Part shown: positions 28,582 through 38,278 of the stretch, one piece after another
Numbering within the stretch: position 1 is the first letter of the stretch
How the letters are laid out: every line of letters starts with the position of its first letter
Assembly (NCBI GenBank): GCA_964514565.1
Contig: CAZERA010000001.1
Span: forward strand, 1 to 64,000
Direction of reading: 5' to 3'
Length of the DNA: 64,000 bases
DNA from: an uncultured Candidatus Peribacteria bacterium
Lineage (GTDB): Bacteria; Patescibacteriota; Gracilibacteria; RBG-16-42-10
The notes under the pieces: generated by a model
Databases searched by the model: none
What the model was told of the DNA's origin: nothing
The model's input: the letters and a program-made list of their open reading frames with translations, nothing else
Translations under genes and position numbers: made by a program

Positions 28582-29157
28582 ATGAAAGATTCCGAAAATG
28601 AGCACCAGAAAGGGGTAGATTTTTCAAACCAAGACTTGAGTAACCAAACCTTCCAAGATTGCACGTTTGAACAATGCAATTTTAGCTATACCAATCTCAC
28701 CAACTGTAGCTTTGATACGGTCACCTTCACTAGTTGTAATCTCAGCTGTACCAATCTCCAAAATTGCAAACTCCAAGACATCATATTTGATGGGTGTAAA
28801 CTAGTAGGAACAGACCTACATACCTGTGTAGGCGCATTTGGTTCACTCCATTTCACATTCAAAAACTGTGTACTCAATGGCACTAATTTCTCCGCACTCA
28901 AACTACCCAAAACAAAGTTTACTAATTCACAGCTAGAAAGCTGCATATTCAACAATAGCGATCTCACCGAAGCTTGCTTTAGCAATACCGATCTCACCAA
29001 TACTCTTTTTCACAACTGCAAACTAGAAAAAGCCGACTTTACATCTGCCCGCAATTACATGATCGATCCCAGTAATAATAAAATGACCAAAGCGCGCTTT
29101 AGCTTGCCAGAAGTCGCATCTCTTTTAAAATTCTTGGATATTGAAATTACTCGTTGA
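28582..29157 (+). CDS. Pentapeptide repeat protein
   Basis: (C/A)xF/LxxCxF five-residue periodicity along the whole length. Confidence 0.9.
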   Translation: MKDSENEHQKGVDFSNQDLSNQTFQDCTFEQCNFSYTNLTNCSFDTVTFTSCNLSCTNLQNCKLQDIIFDGCKLVGTDLHTCVGAFGSLHFTFKNCVLNGTNFSALKLPKTKFTNSQLESCIFNNSDLTEACFSNTDLTNTLFHNCKLEKADFTSARNYMIDPSNNKMTKARFSLPEVASLLKFLDIEITR

Positions 29158-29500
29158 TAATAAACTGCTTTTTCTGCTTAGGATTGACCAATACCTTCAC
29201 CGTCATCCCCACAGTAGGGAAATCACGATAAGCGACAGGCACCTCGGTAGTACTCGTATAAACTGGTTGCTCAGGTAAAGAAATTTCCACGGTTAATTTG
29301 ACGATTGGGTACGTAGTCCCATCCAGTTTTTGATTAGTTCTTTCAACTGCCACAATAATTCCCTGTCCATTTAGCCCGTTGGTCCGAAGGTAAGCACTTT
29401 GATCTACTCCTCTAGGTGAATGTTTGAGTACATACACAAACAACAAACCGGCCACAATTACGCCAACAGCAGCGATCATCAACATTATCAAGGCAATCAT
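29147..29500 (-). CDS. Membrane-anchored OB-like hypothetical protein (DUF3592-like)
   Basis: N-terminal TM; G.IVAVERT, VG.TV.VLVNP pattern. Confidence 0.5.
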   Translation of the reverse strand: MIALIMLMIAAVGVIVAGLLFVYVLKHSPRGVDQSAYLRTNGLNGQGIIVAVERTNQKLDGTTYPIVKLTVEISLPEQPVYTSTTEVPVAYRDFPTVGMTVKVLVNPKQKKQFIINE

Positions 29501-29581
29501 ATCGAATAGATAAAGAAGCTTTTAGTACTCATGCAACATACCCCAAAATCCATTAAGAGAAAACGATACTTGAACGACAAG

Positions 29582-30133
29582 CTAAGCATTAAAAAGCAGT
29601 TGATAGAGTTTATCTTTTCGTCGAGAATCCAAACGTACACGGAGCAACTCCATTACCACATCGGTATTACGAAAGAGTGGATTATCTGCCAGCAACAAAA
29701 AGTCTTCAAAGCTAAGTAGCTCTGGGATAATCTTTTCACCATTGTCAGCATGCTGGTGCTCTTGCATGACGCAATTTCGAGCTATATAGGTAAAAATCGT
29801 CCAATCAATCTTCACCTCTGGATCTACCTGAAGCCAAAGCTGCCAATCATTTGAGACCAACCCTGTTTCTTCTAACAACTCTCGTTGAGCTGCCTGGAGT
29901 GTAGTTTCATTACCGTCCAATCGTCCACCAGGTAAAGAAATAAACGGGGCGATACCAGGCTGTTCTTGTTTGAGTACCAAGATCTTGTCACCCACTACAG
30001 CCAAAGTACAACAAGTACTTGGTCTTTTTAATTTCTCAAAGAGTGAGGTAGTCCCATCAAACATCTCCTGCTGCCATTGCCAGACCTCAAACACTTTACC
30101 GCTAAACACTTTTTTCGCTTCGGGAGGAATCAT
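29582..30133 (-). CDS. Nudix hydrolase (ADP-ribose pyrophosphatase-like)
   Basis: PGGRLDGNETTLQAAQRELLEETGL Nudix box; start at ATG 30133 likely. Confidence 0.85.
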   Translation of the reverse strand: MIPPEAKKVFSGKVFEVWQWQQEMFDGTTSLFEKLKRPSTCCTLAVVGDKILVLKQEQPGIAPFISLPGGRLDGNETTLQAAQRELLEETGLVSNDWQLWLQVDPEVKIDWTIFTYIARNCVMQEHQHADNGEKIIPELLSFEDFLLLADNPLFRNTDVVMELLRVRLDSRRKDKLYQLLFNA

Positions 30134-30283
30134 AGATACAAAATCATAATCAATTACAAAATATCTCAATTGGAGAAATCAGACTAGCAAGCTGATCTGT
30201 ACGGCTTTAAGCCAAAGATGCGATTAACTTGCAAACGCAGAAACGGTTGATATGACAAGTAAAAGCTCTTACAAAGGCCCAGC

Positions 30284-31798
30284 TTAAAAACCTGGGAAGT
30301 AATCTGTCTTGATTGACCGTACACCAACACGCAGTCGACGAAGCAAATCTTTGTACGCTGTGACCATCCCTCCTGGACCAGAGATATAAAATGTACGCTC
30401 AGCATAATCTGGCACTAACTCATGGAGCATTGTCTCATCAATACGCCCACATTTCCCTGCCCAATCTACAGGCAAGTTTTTAGGATCAGTAACAATATAA
30501 TGCACTTGTAGACCAAACGCCTTTTGCGCTTGGGTAAATACTTCTTGGTAAACAAAATCATCAGCGCTTGCGCAAGCATAAAGCAAGATCACATCACGTT
30601 TTTCACCACTATCAATCAAATACTGAATCTGACTACGAAACGGCGTCACACCAATACCACCAGCAATCAATACTAATTTCTTTTTAGTGTCTGATGGCAA
30701 CAAAAATTCCCCACTGACTTGTCCCACAATCAGATCATCACCTGGATTCATAGCCAGCAGAGCTTGTTTGAATGTACTACCATGGGGAAAGACCTTGATA
30801 CCCAAATGCACAGTGTCCTCAGTGGGTGAAGAAGCCAGCGTAAAGTACCGACGGATCCCACGATTATCAGGATGAGCATGACCCAAAGTCCACTCGACAT
30901 ACTGCCCAGGCTGGAATCGCAATTTCTCAGGAGTCTTAAAACTAAAATCATACATACTAGTAGAAATCGCCTTTTTCTCAAGCAAAGTTAATATGATTTT
31001 TTGCTTAGCACTGACCAGATAAGAAAACACATTACCGACAACCAAAGCCAGCTCTGGAGTAGAAGAAACATTACCAATGTGCACTTGAGAACCAGTAATA
31101 ATACCGACCATGACACCGTAGAATAACTGATTGGTGTGGGTAGTGGGAGTTGTGAGTGGTTCAGTAAGCATTACGGTACCCAAAAACAACAATGGCCATG
31201 ATCCAAAACCTTGCAAAAGCGACTCAGAGACAGACACTCCAGTACGTAAACCGACCAAAACAATCATGACTAAACTACTCAGCAAAAATACAAAAAACAT
31301 CTGCATTCGACGAATTTTGCGCACAATCAAAATTCCCACTATCGCTACTATCGGCCACATAATATTGTTACCAATCCACCAAATTGCTAAATCACTGCCA
31401 GCGAGCCCCATGACGACCAAAGCAATAGCCGCTGGATTAAAAATATGTTTCTTTTCTAAAGCAAGTAGGTATTTCGATGCCATCGCAATCAAAGTGGTGA
31501 GTACTACTCCAAAGACTTCATAGCCTGTAGCAGCTGGCACTAGAATCAAGAATAAAATCAATCCAGTGATCCATACTGACTCGATATTAGCCGGCACCGA
31601 AAACAATTTGGCAAAAAGCTGATTAAATAAATAACTAGTCCCCAAGATCAATACTAAAGACCCAACTAAGGCTAGGAGTGTAAATGGCAGCAATCCTAAC
31701 AAACCAAAGAGCAATGAGGCTCCACTTAATGCCCACAAAGCATAAAGTACTACTTTATACATGGTCACACTGTTGAGTAAATCATCGATGAAAGACAT
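30284..31798 (-). CDS. RnfD/NqrB-like membrane domain fused to FAD/NAD(P)-binding ferredoxin-reductase domain
   Basis: KHIFNPAA, MLTEPLTTP in TM part; RRYFTLASSP, IAGGIGVTPF, YISGPGGMV, DYFPGF in C-terminal part. Confidence 0.85.
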   Translation of the reverse strand: MSFIDDLLNSVTMYKVVLYALWALSGASLLFGLLGLLPFTLLALVGSLVLILGTSYLFNQLFAKLFSVPANIESVWITGLILFLILVPAATGYEVFGVVLTTLIAMASKYLLALEKKHIFNPAAIALVVMGLAGSDLAIWWIGNNIMWPIVAIVGILIVRKIRRMQMFFVFLLSSLVMIVLVGLRTGVSVSESLLQGFGSWPLLFLGTVMLTEPLTTPTTHTNQLFYGVMVGIITGSQVHIGNVSSTPELALVVGNVFSYLVSAKQKIILTLLEKKAISTSMYDFSFKTPEKLRFQPGQYVEWTLGHAHPDNRGIRRYFTLASSPTEDTVHLGIKVFPHGSTFKQALLAMNPGDDLIVGQVSGEFLLPSDTKKKLVLIAGGIGVTPFRSQIQYLIDSGEKRDVILLYACASADDFVYQEVFTQAQKAFGLQVHYIVTDPKNLPVDWAGKCGRIDETMLHELVPDYAERTFYISGPGGMVTAYKDLLRRLRVGVRSIKTDYFPGF

Positions 31799-31807
31799 AA
31801 AATAGAA

Positions 31808-32683
31808 TTACTTGATAAAGAATTCTCCGGGAAAAGACGGCGAATGATCTAAGGTGTAGTCAGCAAAAAGTATGACATATTCAAATGCATAGTGTGCCTC
31901 AAGCACTTTATGGTCAACAAAAAACAAACACGTAGCAAGAGCATCAGCAATAATCGCCTCATCAGCCACCACCCAAGTAGCCAAAATATGGCGAGGTGAG
32001 GCTAATAATACTGGGTTAATAATATGATGATAGTCAGCCCAGGCCCTACGATTTCCTGCAGAGCCACAAATACTTTTATTCAAAACTGTTGTCACACCAA
32101 TAACCCGGCTCGGATCCTGGGGATGCTCTAGTCCAACTTTTAGCATTTCAGACTGAGCATGTTGATAAAAAATATCCCCCCCCGCATCGACCCAAAAAGA
32201 TGTGATTTGGTGAACGCGTAAAATTTCAGATACCAGATCCACCAAGTACCCTTTGCCAGCAGCACCAAAATCTAATTGTACTGGATGCTTTACTAGCAGT
32301 TGAGGAAATTGATACTCTAAAACACTATCCCAGACAGGAACCATATTGATTGTTTTGGGTTCAAGCGAATAATTTGTATCGTAGCCTGCATCAACTAACG
32401 CCCGCCCAATTAATGGGGTAAATGCACCGCTAGTGAACCGGTAGAGCTTATGATACAGCGAAAATAATTTTTCAGCTTCCACTGGCAAGACATATGAACC
32501 AGCAGCGACGGCGATCTTTCCCACCAAGGAATCCTGGCGAAAACGTGAATAAGTAGCCTCAAAAGAAGCAATACAGTCGACAATTGACTGGCGAATCAGC
32601 GACCAGTCTTGGTTGGCAGGATAATCAAAACTAATCTGCCAGTGTGTTCCGATCGCCTCAAACGAATATTCAATCCAGCTCAC
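31808..32683 (-). CDS. apbE: FAD:protein FMN transferase
   Basis: FEAIGT, YSRF..DS, LDFGAAGKGYLVD, DAGGD, HHIINP, ADALAT. Confidence 0.9.
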   Translation of the reverse strand: MSWIEYSFEAIGTHWQISFDYPANQDWSLIRQSIVDCIASFEATYSRFRQDSLVGKIAVAAGSYVLPVEAEKLFSLYHKLYRFTSGAFTPLIGRALVDAGYDTNYSLEPKTINMVPVWDSVLEYQFPQLLVKHPVQLDFGAAGKGYLVDLVSEILRVHQITSFWVDAGGDIFYQHAQSEMLKVGLEHPQDPSRVIGVTTVLNKSICGSAGNRRAWADYHHIINPVLLASPRHILATWVVADEAIIADALATCLFFVDHKVLEAHYAFEYVILFADYTLDHSPSFPGEFFIK

Positions 32684-32685
32684 GT

Positions 32686-33207
32686 TTAAGCCTTAGCTTT
32701 TGCTTTGATTTTTGCTAATGCATCAGCAAAGCCTTTTGGTGTAAGTGAAGAACCAGATACCTTGGTAATACTGATTTCATCAATCTTCTTACCGATTACA
32801 TAGGCTTTGTAGCCACTCACAAACTGACCTTGGAAACGTTGGGATAAAGGAACAGTAGCTTGAGGAGTTACTTCAGCCGCAGTGACTACACCATCCTTGA
32901 GTGTAAGATTTACATCAATTTGTTCGGCTCCAGCAGGTGAAGAATAATTTCCAACCACGCTGTAGACACCATCTTTATAAGAACCAAGCGTAACAGCTGA
33001 TGAAGTACTTGGCACACTAGTAATAGTGCTTGGCACTGTTGTCATCACGCTAGTAGGTGTAGACATAGTAGTCGTAGGTACGTTGGTAGGAGTCACCACA
33101 GGAGCTGATGTTTGTTGGCCGAGCATACTATAGCTAGCAACGCTACCGACAATGATGACAAACGCAACTGCAGCAACTACTTTATTGGTAGTATCTTTTG
33201 AAGGCAT
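32686..33207 (-). CDS. Membrane-anchored FMN-binding protein
   Basis: TM plus Thr/Ser/Pro linker; YKDGVY...G.Y.SPAG and VSGSSLT flavinylation-type motif. Confidence 0.8.
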   Translation of the reverse strand: MPSKDTTNKVVAAVAFVIIVGSVASYSMLGQQTSAPVVTPTNVPTTTMSTPTSVMTTVPSTITSVPSTSSAVTLGSYKDGVYSVVGNYSSPAGAEQIDVNLTLKDGVVTAAEVTPQATVPLSQRFQGQFVSGYKAYVIGKKIDEISITKVSGSSLTPKGFADALAKIKAKAKA

Positions 33208-33384
33208 AGAAAAATAATAGAGGTACGAGTGAGAGTATATAGCGTTTGGATTGTTTCGCCAAAAACCAAACTCTATTTATTCATACAAATCCACACCAGT
33301 TTTATTACGCCACCGGCGCTAATATTGTAATCTTCTTGTCATTTCTTCTTTTTTTGGCCACACTAGAGGAGATTAACTATCTCT

Positions 33385-33864
33385 ATGTTTACCCTACAAC
33401 AAAAACGCTTAAGCTATAGCATTCTTATCTTAGCCTTATTAGGTATGTTGGGCTCTTTGTACTTTAGTAATTTTGGCGACCCAATCAAGAACATAATGGA
33501 CGGCGTACTATTTGATTTTGCTCGAGCATTTGAACCTTGTCACTTTTGTTGGTGGGCAAGAATCTTGATGTATCCCATGGTAGCGATCACGATGGTAGGT
33601 ATCTGGAAACAAGACAAAAACTTCACTAGTTACTTGCTACCACTAATCGTACTTGGCATGCCGCTCACGCTCTATCACTATGCGCTACAAATGCTTCCGA
33701 TTGAAAGTAGCACAATATGTACATTAGCCAATCCATGTAATGCCCTCCAAGTAGCCTATTTTGATTTCATTACTATTCCCTTTTTGGCCTTCACCGCTTT
33801 TTGTATTATCATGGCCCTCACGATGACATTTCGCCAAAGTGTAGCTCGTGAACGAAAGGTTTAA
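33385..33864 (+). CDS. Disulfide bond formation protein B (DsbB/BdbC-like)
   Basis: GSLYFS, PCHFCWWARI, second Cys pair (ICT...PC), FITIPFL; four TMs. Confidence 0.85.
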   Translation: MFTLQQKRLSYSILILALLGMLGSLYFSNFGDPIKNIMDGVLFDFARAFEPCHFCWWARILMYPMVAITMVGIWKQDKNFTSYLLPLIVLGMPLTLYHYALQMLPIESSTICTLANPCNALQVAYFDFITIPFLAFTAFCIIMALTMTFRQSVARERKV

Positions 33865-34744
33865 GCACCTACGATCAGCATTAATAACTTGCATGAAAGA
33901 ACCATTCTACCCCAACCAAATCATTCCTCTACTACTGACCGTTATTGTGTTTTTTGCGGGTATTGGCTTGCTTTGGGGTGAAATTTATTTGCTCAATTAT
34001 TTAGTCGGTGGCAGCGAACAAATTGTCCCCACTTTACGATGGCAAGATGTATTAGTGGGTATGACTATTTACCTCAAGACAGCGATCGATTTTGCTATCT
34101 TTATTGGTAGACTAATGAGTGATTATCCTGGCTGGAAAAACCGCGTCATGATCGAGATTGGTACAGCACTGGGCAACATTGCCGGCACAGTCGCTATTTT
34201 GATTTTATGGGATGTCTTTAGAGAGATTAAATGGCTGATGGCAATCATGATCATCATTGCTGGCTTGGTACTGCTGCGCATGGCAGAAGAAGGACTGCAA
34301 CATGTCAAAGATGCAGACGGTAATTATAAAGGTCCACTTGGCCGAATAGCTCAAACAATTGAAACTATTCTCCAAAAAGTAAATCATTTCTTTTCACCTG
34401 TACTCAATAAAATCATCCCACATACCAAAGCGAGTAGCAGTAAAAAAGCAGGCTATGGTGCACTGCTTATACTATCAGTTAGCATCCCATTTATCCTCGG
34501 TCTAGATGATTTCGCAGGCTATATTCCGCTCTTCAATATCGTCAATGTCTTTGGCTTTGCCACAGGAGTATTCTTGGGACACATGATTCTCAATATAGCG
34601 CTATTCCTTTCGCCCCAAACCACCATCCGTGCAGTCAAGAACCCAATCATCTCATTCTTCGGAAGCCTCGCATTCGTCATTATTGCCGCCTGGGGTTTCT
34701 GGGAAGCATGGCATTTGATACATGCCATCTTTTTTGCTCAATAA
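33848..34744 (+). CDS. Multi-TM protein, CadD/LysE-superfamily transporter-like
   Basis: AIDF and GLDDFAGYIPLF resemble CadD-family motifs; start may be ATG 33893. Confidence 0.5.
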   Translation: MNERFKHLRSALITCMKEPFYPNQIIPLLLTVIVFFAGIGLLWGEIYLLNYLVGGSEQIVPTLRWQDVLVGMTIYLKTAIDFAIFIGRLMSDYPGWKNRVMIEIGTALGNIAGTVAILILWDVFREIKWLMAIMIIIAGLVLLRMAEEGLQHVKDADGNYKGPLGRIAQTIETILQKVNHFFSPVLNKIIPHTKASSSKKAGYGALLILSVSIPFILGLDDFAGYIPLFNIVNVFGFATGVFLGHMILNIALFLSPQTTIRAVKNPIISFFGSLAFVIIAAWGFWEAWHLIHAIFFAQ

Positions 34745-34753
34745 ATATTGTAT

Positions 34754-34792
34754 AAAAAACGGCTCCCAACCTTTTGTGGTTAGGAACCGTTT
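34754..34792 (-). terminator. Rho-independent terminator of the kinase pair
   Basis: Minus strand AAACGGTTCCTAACC-ACAAAA-GGTTGGGAGCCG-TTTTTT. Confidence 0.7.
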
Positions 34793-34813
34793 CAATAATT
34801 TCAGTTTAGTAGT

Positions 34814-35659
34814 TTAAGCTTTTTTGCTTAACAAACTTTGTAGTGACTGCTCAATTTGCCATGAAACGTCTTTGATTGGTTTCATTGCATCTACTTTCAC
34901 AAAACGTTGGTTTTTTGCTAAAACATTGTATTCAGCAATCAAGTCATTCACCAATTGCATGCGTTGTTTGTGAGCGATCTCTTCAGTAAGTGGGTCCCCA
35001 TTTACTTGATAGATTTTTTCTCCTTTACGAAGTGCATGAAGTGTATCAACCATCGAACCAGCCATAGAACCATTGGTCATAGAGCCTTTCAATTTCTCAA
35101 TCAATTTGCCTACTTTCTTTTCAGAAACTTTGCCATGTTTTTGGCGTAGTCTCTTTACTAAGCTAGCCAAACCTTCTTGCATACGGTGATCAACACGCTG
35201 TACTGATGTCGCATCATTTACTTGGAAGTAAAACACCATGTCTGGTGTGGGTGCAAAGCTATAAACATCTTCCAACCAAGCAGTATCAATACCGTTTACT
35301 ACTTTGTCTCGTACTAGACCGGTATAGGTATAACGATCACACAAAACCACTTTGCCACGCTCCAGCGCTGGTGCAATTTCTTTTTGCACGCGCTCATTGA
35401 GATCTGCAGCTACAATTAAGCTCAAAGCCAAGGCAGATGGTTGTTCTACAAGTTTATCTAGATTACGAAGATAGTCACTAGTGATAGGTCCGCTTTTCCA
35501 GCTAGACACCACCACATCACGACCGAAGTTTTGTTTAATATACTTCTTAATCTTTTTGATCTGAGTACTTTTACCTGATCCATCGATTCCTTCGAAAACA
35601 ATCAGTTTTCCTTTGGTAGTATTTTTAGTAGGCATATTTTTGTTTTTAGTGGTTTTCAT
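34814..35659 (-). CDS. Thymidylate-kinase-fold protein, second of tandem pair
   Basis: FEGIDGSGKSTQ P-loop, VLCDRY, PDMVFYF; long basic insertion in the lid region. Confidence 0.8.
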   Translation of the reverse strand: MKTTKNKNMPTKNTTKGKLIVFEGIDGSGKSTQIKKIKKYIKQNFGRDVVVSSWKSGPITSDYLRNLDKLVEQPSALALSLIVAADLNERVQKEIAPALERGKVVLCDRYTYTGLVRDKVVNGIDTAWLEDVYSFAPTPDMVFYFQVNDATSVQRVDHRMQEGLASLVKRLRQKHGKVSEKKVGKLIEKLKGSMTNGSMAGSMVDTLHALRKGEKIYQVNGDPLTEEIAHKQRMQLVNDLIAEYNVLAKNQRFVKVDAMKPIKDVSWQIEQSLQSLLSKKA

Positions 35660-35661
35660 AA

Positions 35662-36441
35662 TTACATCATGGAAACTGAATACTTGCGTTTGATGAAAGA
35701 ACGAAGTGCATCTTTTACTTCAGGAGTAGTAGCATATACAGCTTGAGTACCATCAATCACAACAAGCCCGTCCAGCTTCGCTAATCGCTCATAATTAGCA
35801 ATTACTTTCGATTGGAATAAACGGAAGTTCTCTAAGATATTGGGTGACAAAGCTAAGTCCATACCAGCTTCATAAAATTTCAAATCAGCACGACCAGTAG
35901 CACGCTCTACTGCTACATCTGTTGGCACACGGAAATAGTATGCCAAGTCTGGTTTAGGTAAGAACTTATAAACCTTGCGGATATAAGCTTCATCCACACC
36001 ACGAGAGACACTGCGAGCAATGTCGGTATACATATAACGATCACAAAGCACGATTTTGCCAGCACGGAGACTGCCACGAATCAACTTCACATAACGATCA
36101 GCCATATCTGCAGCATGAGTCATATGAAAAGTACGTGGATCGACTAGCTTACTAGGATCACGTTGCCCCTTGATTTTCTTATTGAGTGGCTTCACTGCCA
36201 AAGAAGAATTCCATTCAGACAAATCTACTGCAAAGCCATTGGCTTCAAGTAAACTTTTCAAAATCAAAAGCTGGGTACTCTTACCCGACCCATCAATTCC
36301 TTCCACGATGATCAAGCTTCCTGGTAGTTGAGAAACAGACGACTTTTTAGCAGTCACTGATTTCTTTGCGCTCTGCACTTTCTTTGTTTTTGGCATATGT
36401 TTATTTTTAGGAACTTTTACCTTCATAGCATTATAGACCAA
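35662..36441 (-). CDS. Thymidylate-kinase-fold protein, first of tandem pair
   Basis: EGIDGSGKSTQ, EWNSS, HAADMADR, LCDRY, KFYEAGMDL; real start probably ATG 36396. Confidence 0.8.
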   Translation of the reverse strand: MVYNAMKVKVPKNKHMPKTKKVQSAKKSVTAKKSSVSQLPGSLIIVEGIDGSGKSTQLLILKSLLEANGFAVDLSEWNSSLAVKPLNKKIKGQRDPSKLVDPRTFHMTHAADMADRYVKLIRGSLRAGKIVLCDRYMYTDIARSVSRGVDEAYIRKVYKFLPKPDLAYYFRVPTDVAVERATGRADLKFYEAGMDLALSPNILENFRLFQSKVIANYERLAKLDGLVVIDGTQAVYATTPEVKDALRSFIKRKYSVSMM

Positions 36442-36450
36442 TTTCCACTG

Positions 36451-36490
36451 AAAGTAAAAGGTAAGAGGTAAGAAGTAAAAGATGGGGAGC
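36451..36490. repeat. Half copy of the heptamer-arm element
   Basis: AAAGTAAAAGGTAAGAGGTAAGAAGTAAAAGATGGGGAGC. Confidence 0.65.
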
Positions 36491-36563
36491 CCAATTCTAA
36501 AACTAAAATAATGATCATGTTATAGTATGAAGCGAAATGCTCTAATCACTCTTCTTACATAGC

Positions 36564-36965
36564 ATGTCTTTTCCAGTCTCTCTCAACGAACATTATCAAT
36601 CACTAGCACTAGCGCTTAGGATTTCTGCCTCTGATATCGAGGAACAATTTGTGCGTGGTGGTGGCAAAGGAGGCCAAAAGATTAATAAAACATCTAGCAC
36701 CGTTTTGCTCAAGCATCTGCCAACTGGGATCGAAGTACGTTGTCAAAAGCATCGTGAACAATCTAAGAATAGGTTGTCAGCATATAAGCTTTTGATTCAA
36801 AAGATTGAAACTAAGATTCGCGGTAAAGAGTCACTGCAAGCCCAAAAGATTTTCAAGTTAAGAAAACAGAAACAAAAGAGGTCAAAAAGAGCCAAAGAGA
36901 AAATGCTTGATCAGAAAAAGTCGCACGGTGAGATCAAAGCAGGACGTAAAGATGTCAGCTTTTAA
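36564..36965 (+). CDS. ArfB/ICT1-like peptidyl-tRNA hydrolase (RF-1 GGQ domain)
   Basis: [23 protein letters not shown] and basic C-terminal tail. Confidence 0.85.
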   Translation: MSFPVSLNEHYQSLALALRISASDIEEQFVRGGGKGGQKINKTSSTVLLKHLPTGIEVRCQKHREQSKNRLSAYKLLIQKIETKIRGKESLQAQKIFKLRKQKQKRSKRAKEKMLDQKKSHGEIKAGRKDVSF

Positions 36966-37297
36966 GCTAGTTTACTACCGTTGGGTACTGTCCTTTCCGG
37001 TCTAGCAAGCACCACTTCGCCATCGTCTAATATAAACCCGGTCACCAAGACTTCAGAAACAAACGGCCCTATTTGTTTCGGTGGGAAGTTAGCTACACAC
37101 AAAACCTGAGTACCAACTAATTCTTCTTTACTATAAAGCTTAGTAACCTGAGCACTGGATTGTTTCAAAGTATCTGCACCAATATCAATAAAAAGTTTAT
37201 ACGCAGGCTTACGTGCTTCAGGGAAATCTTCTACTCGAACAATCGTCCCGACTATTAGATTTACTTTTTCGAAATCAGTCCAAGTGATAGTTTCCAT
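36962..37297 (-). CDS. csaA: CsaA tRNA-binding/chaperone protein
   Basis: [35 protein letters not shown]. Confidence 0.9.
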   Translation of the reverse strand: METITWTDFEKVNLIVGTIVRVEDFPEARKPAYKLFIDIGADTLKQSSAQVTKLYSKEELVGTQVLCVANFPPKQIGPFVSEVLVTGFILDDGEVVLARPERTVPNGSKLA

Positions 37298-37300
37298 TAG

Positions 37301-37771
37301 CTATTTTCGCTCAAGAATAGCAAGTAACTTTGCTTTGTTTTGCTCAATACTAATCATTAGTTGCGAATGTAGAGGCTGCGGAAGGTGATCTAAAGTCACC
37401 CAACGCAGTTCATCAAACTTATGAGGTTCACCAATCTGAGCTTTGTTGGGGTCCACCTGAACAATAAAATCTAAAGCTAACCAGTGAGTTTTTTGACCAT
37501 TGGGTAGTACACGATGCACATCTCGATAGTTGAGAAACTCATAACTAACTACATCCGTCATATATTCTTCCTGGATCTCTTTGCGCAGAGTAGCATCTAT
37601 AGTATCGAACATTTCTACCGCTCCCCCACCAACATCCCAAGTCCCTTGTTCGTCACGAGAGGCTTGGCTTCTTTTCATCAGAAGTAGATTGCCCTTGCCA
37701 TCATGACAGTAGTACACGACACAGACACCGATACAATCAATACCCTTTTTGAGTGAAAGCAGTTCTGCCAT
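37301..37771 (-). CDS. Nudix hydrolase
   Basis: W..GGG...(D)T....LRKEIQEEY variant Nudix box; GEPHKFDELRW. Confidence 0.8.
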   Translation of the reverse strand: MAELLSLKKGIDCIGVCVVYYCHDGKGNLLLMKRSQASRDEQGTWDVGGGAVEMFDTIDATLRKEIQEEYMTDVVSYEFLNYRDVHRVLPNGQKTHWLALDFIVQVDPNKAQIGEPHKFDELRWVTLDHLPQPLHSQLMISIEQNKAKLLAILERK

Positions 37772-37791
37772 AGAAAAATGGATTAGTACTA

Positions 37792-38232
37792 TTATCGCTG
37801 ATATTTAACAACTCGCTGAGCCTCACGTTTGCCTTCACGCTCCTTGATCGTTTTTCTTTTGTCGTGCAGCTTTTTACCTTTGGCAATTGCAACCTCTACT
37901 TTGATCAGATTATTTTTTAGATATACAGAAAGCGGCACACACGTCATACCATTCTCTACCTGACGAGTGATCTTTTCTATCTCACTTTTACGCAGTAATA
38001 GATCGCGACTACGAGTTGGTTCAGCATTATTGAGTGAAGCTGGTTTGTAAGGACTAATATGAGCATTGAGCAAACTCACATGTGTGCCACGCACAATCAC
38101 ATAAGAGCCGACCAATTGCACATGGCCAGCTCTTACAGATTTCACCTCCGGTCCAGACAGTTTAATTCCTGCTTGGAAAGTTTCTAATATTTCGTATTCA
38201 AATCTTGCTTTCTTATTGACGGCTATAGACAT
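37792..38232 (-). CDS. smpB: SsrA-binding protein
   Basis: NKKARFEY, AGIKL.G.EVKS.R, KGKKLHDKR. Confidence 0.95.
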   Translation of the reverse strand: MSIAVNKKARFEYEILETFQAGIKLSGPEVKSVRAGHVQLVGSYVIVRGTHVSLLNAHISPYKPASLNNAEPTRSRDLLLRKSEIEKITRQVENGMTCVPLSVYLKNNLIKVEVAIAKGKKLHDKRKTIKEREGKREAQRVVKYQR

Positions 38233-38278
38233 GACAGTGTTCTTTTCAACTAAAGAGTCATGCCTAGTGTAGCAAATG

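Noticed and set aside
28582..29157. Qnr quinolone-resistance gene
   Set aside because: A generic pentapeptide repeat protein; no basis to assign resistance from sequence alone
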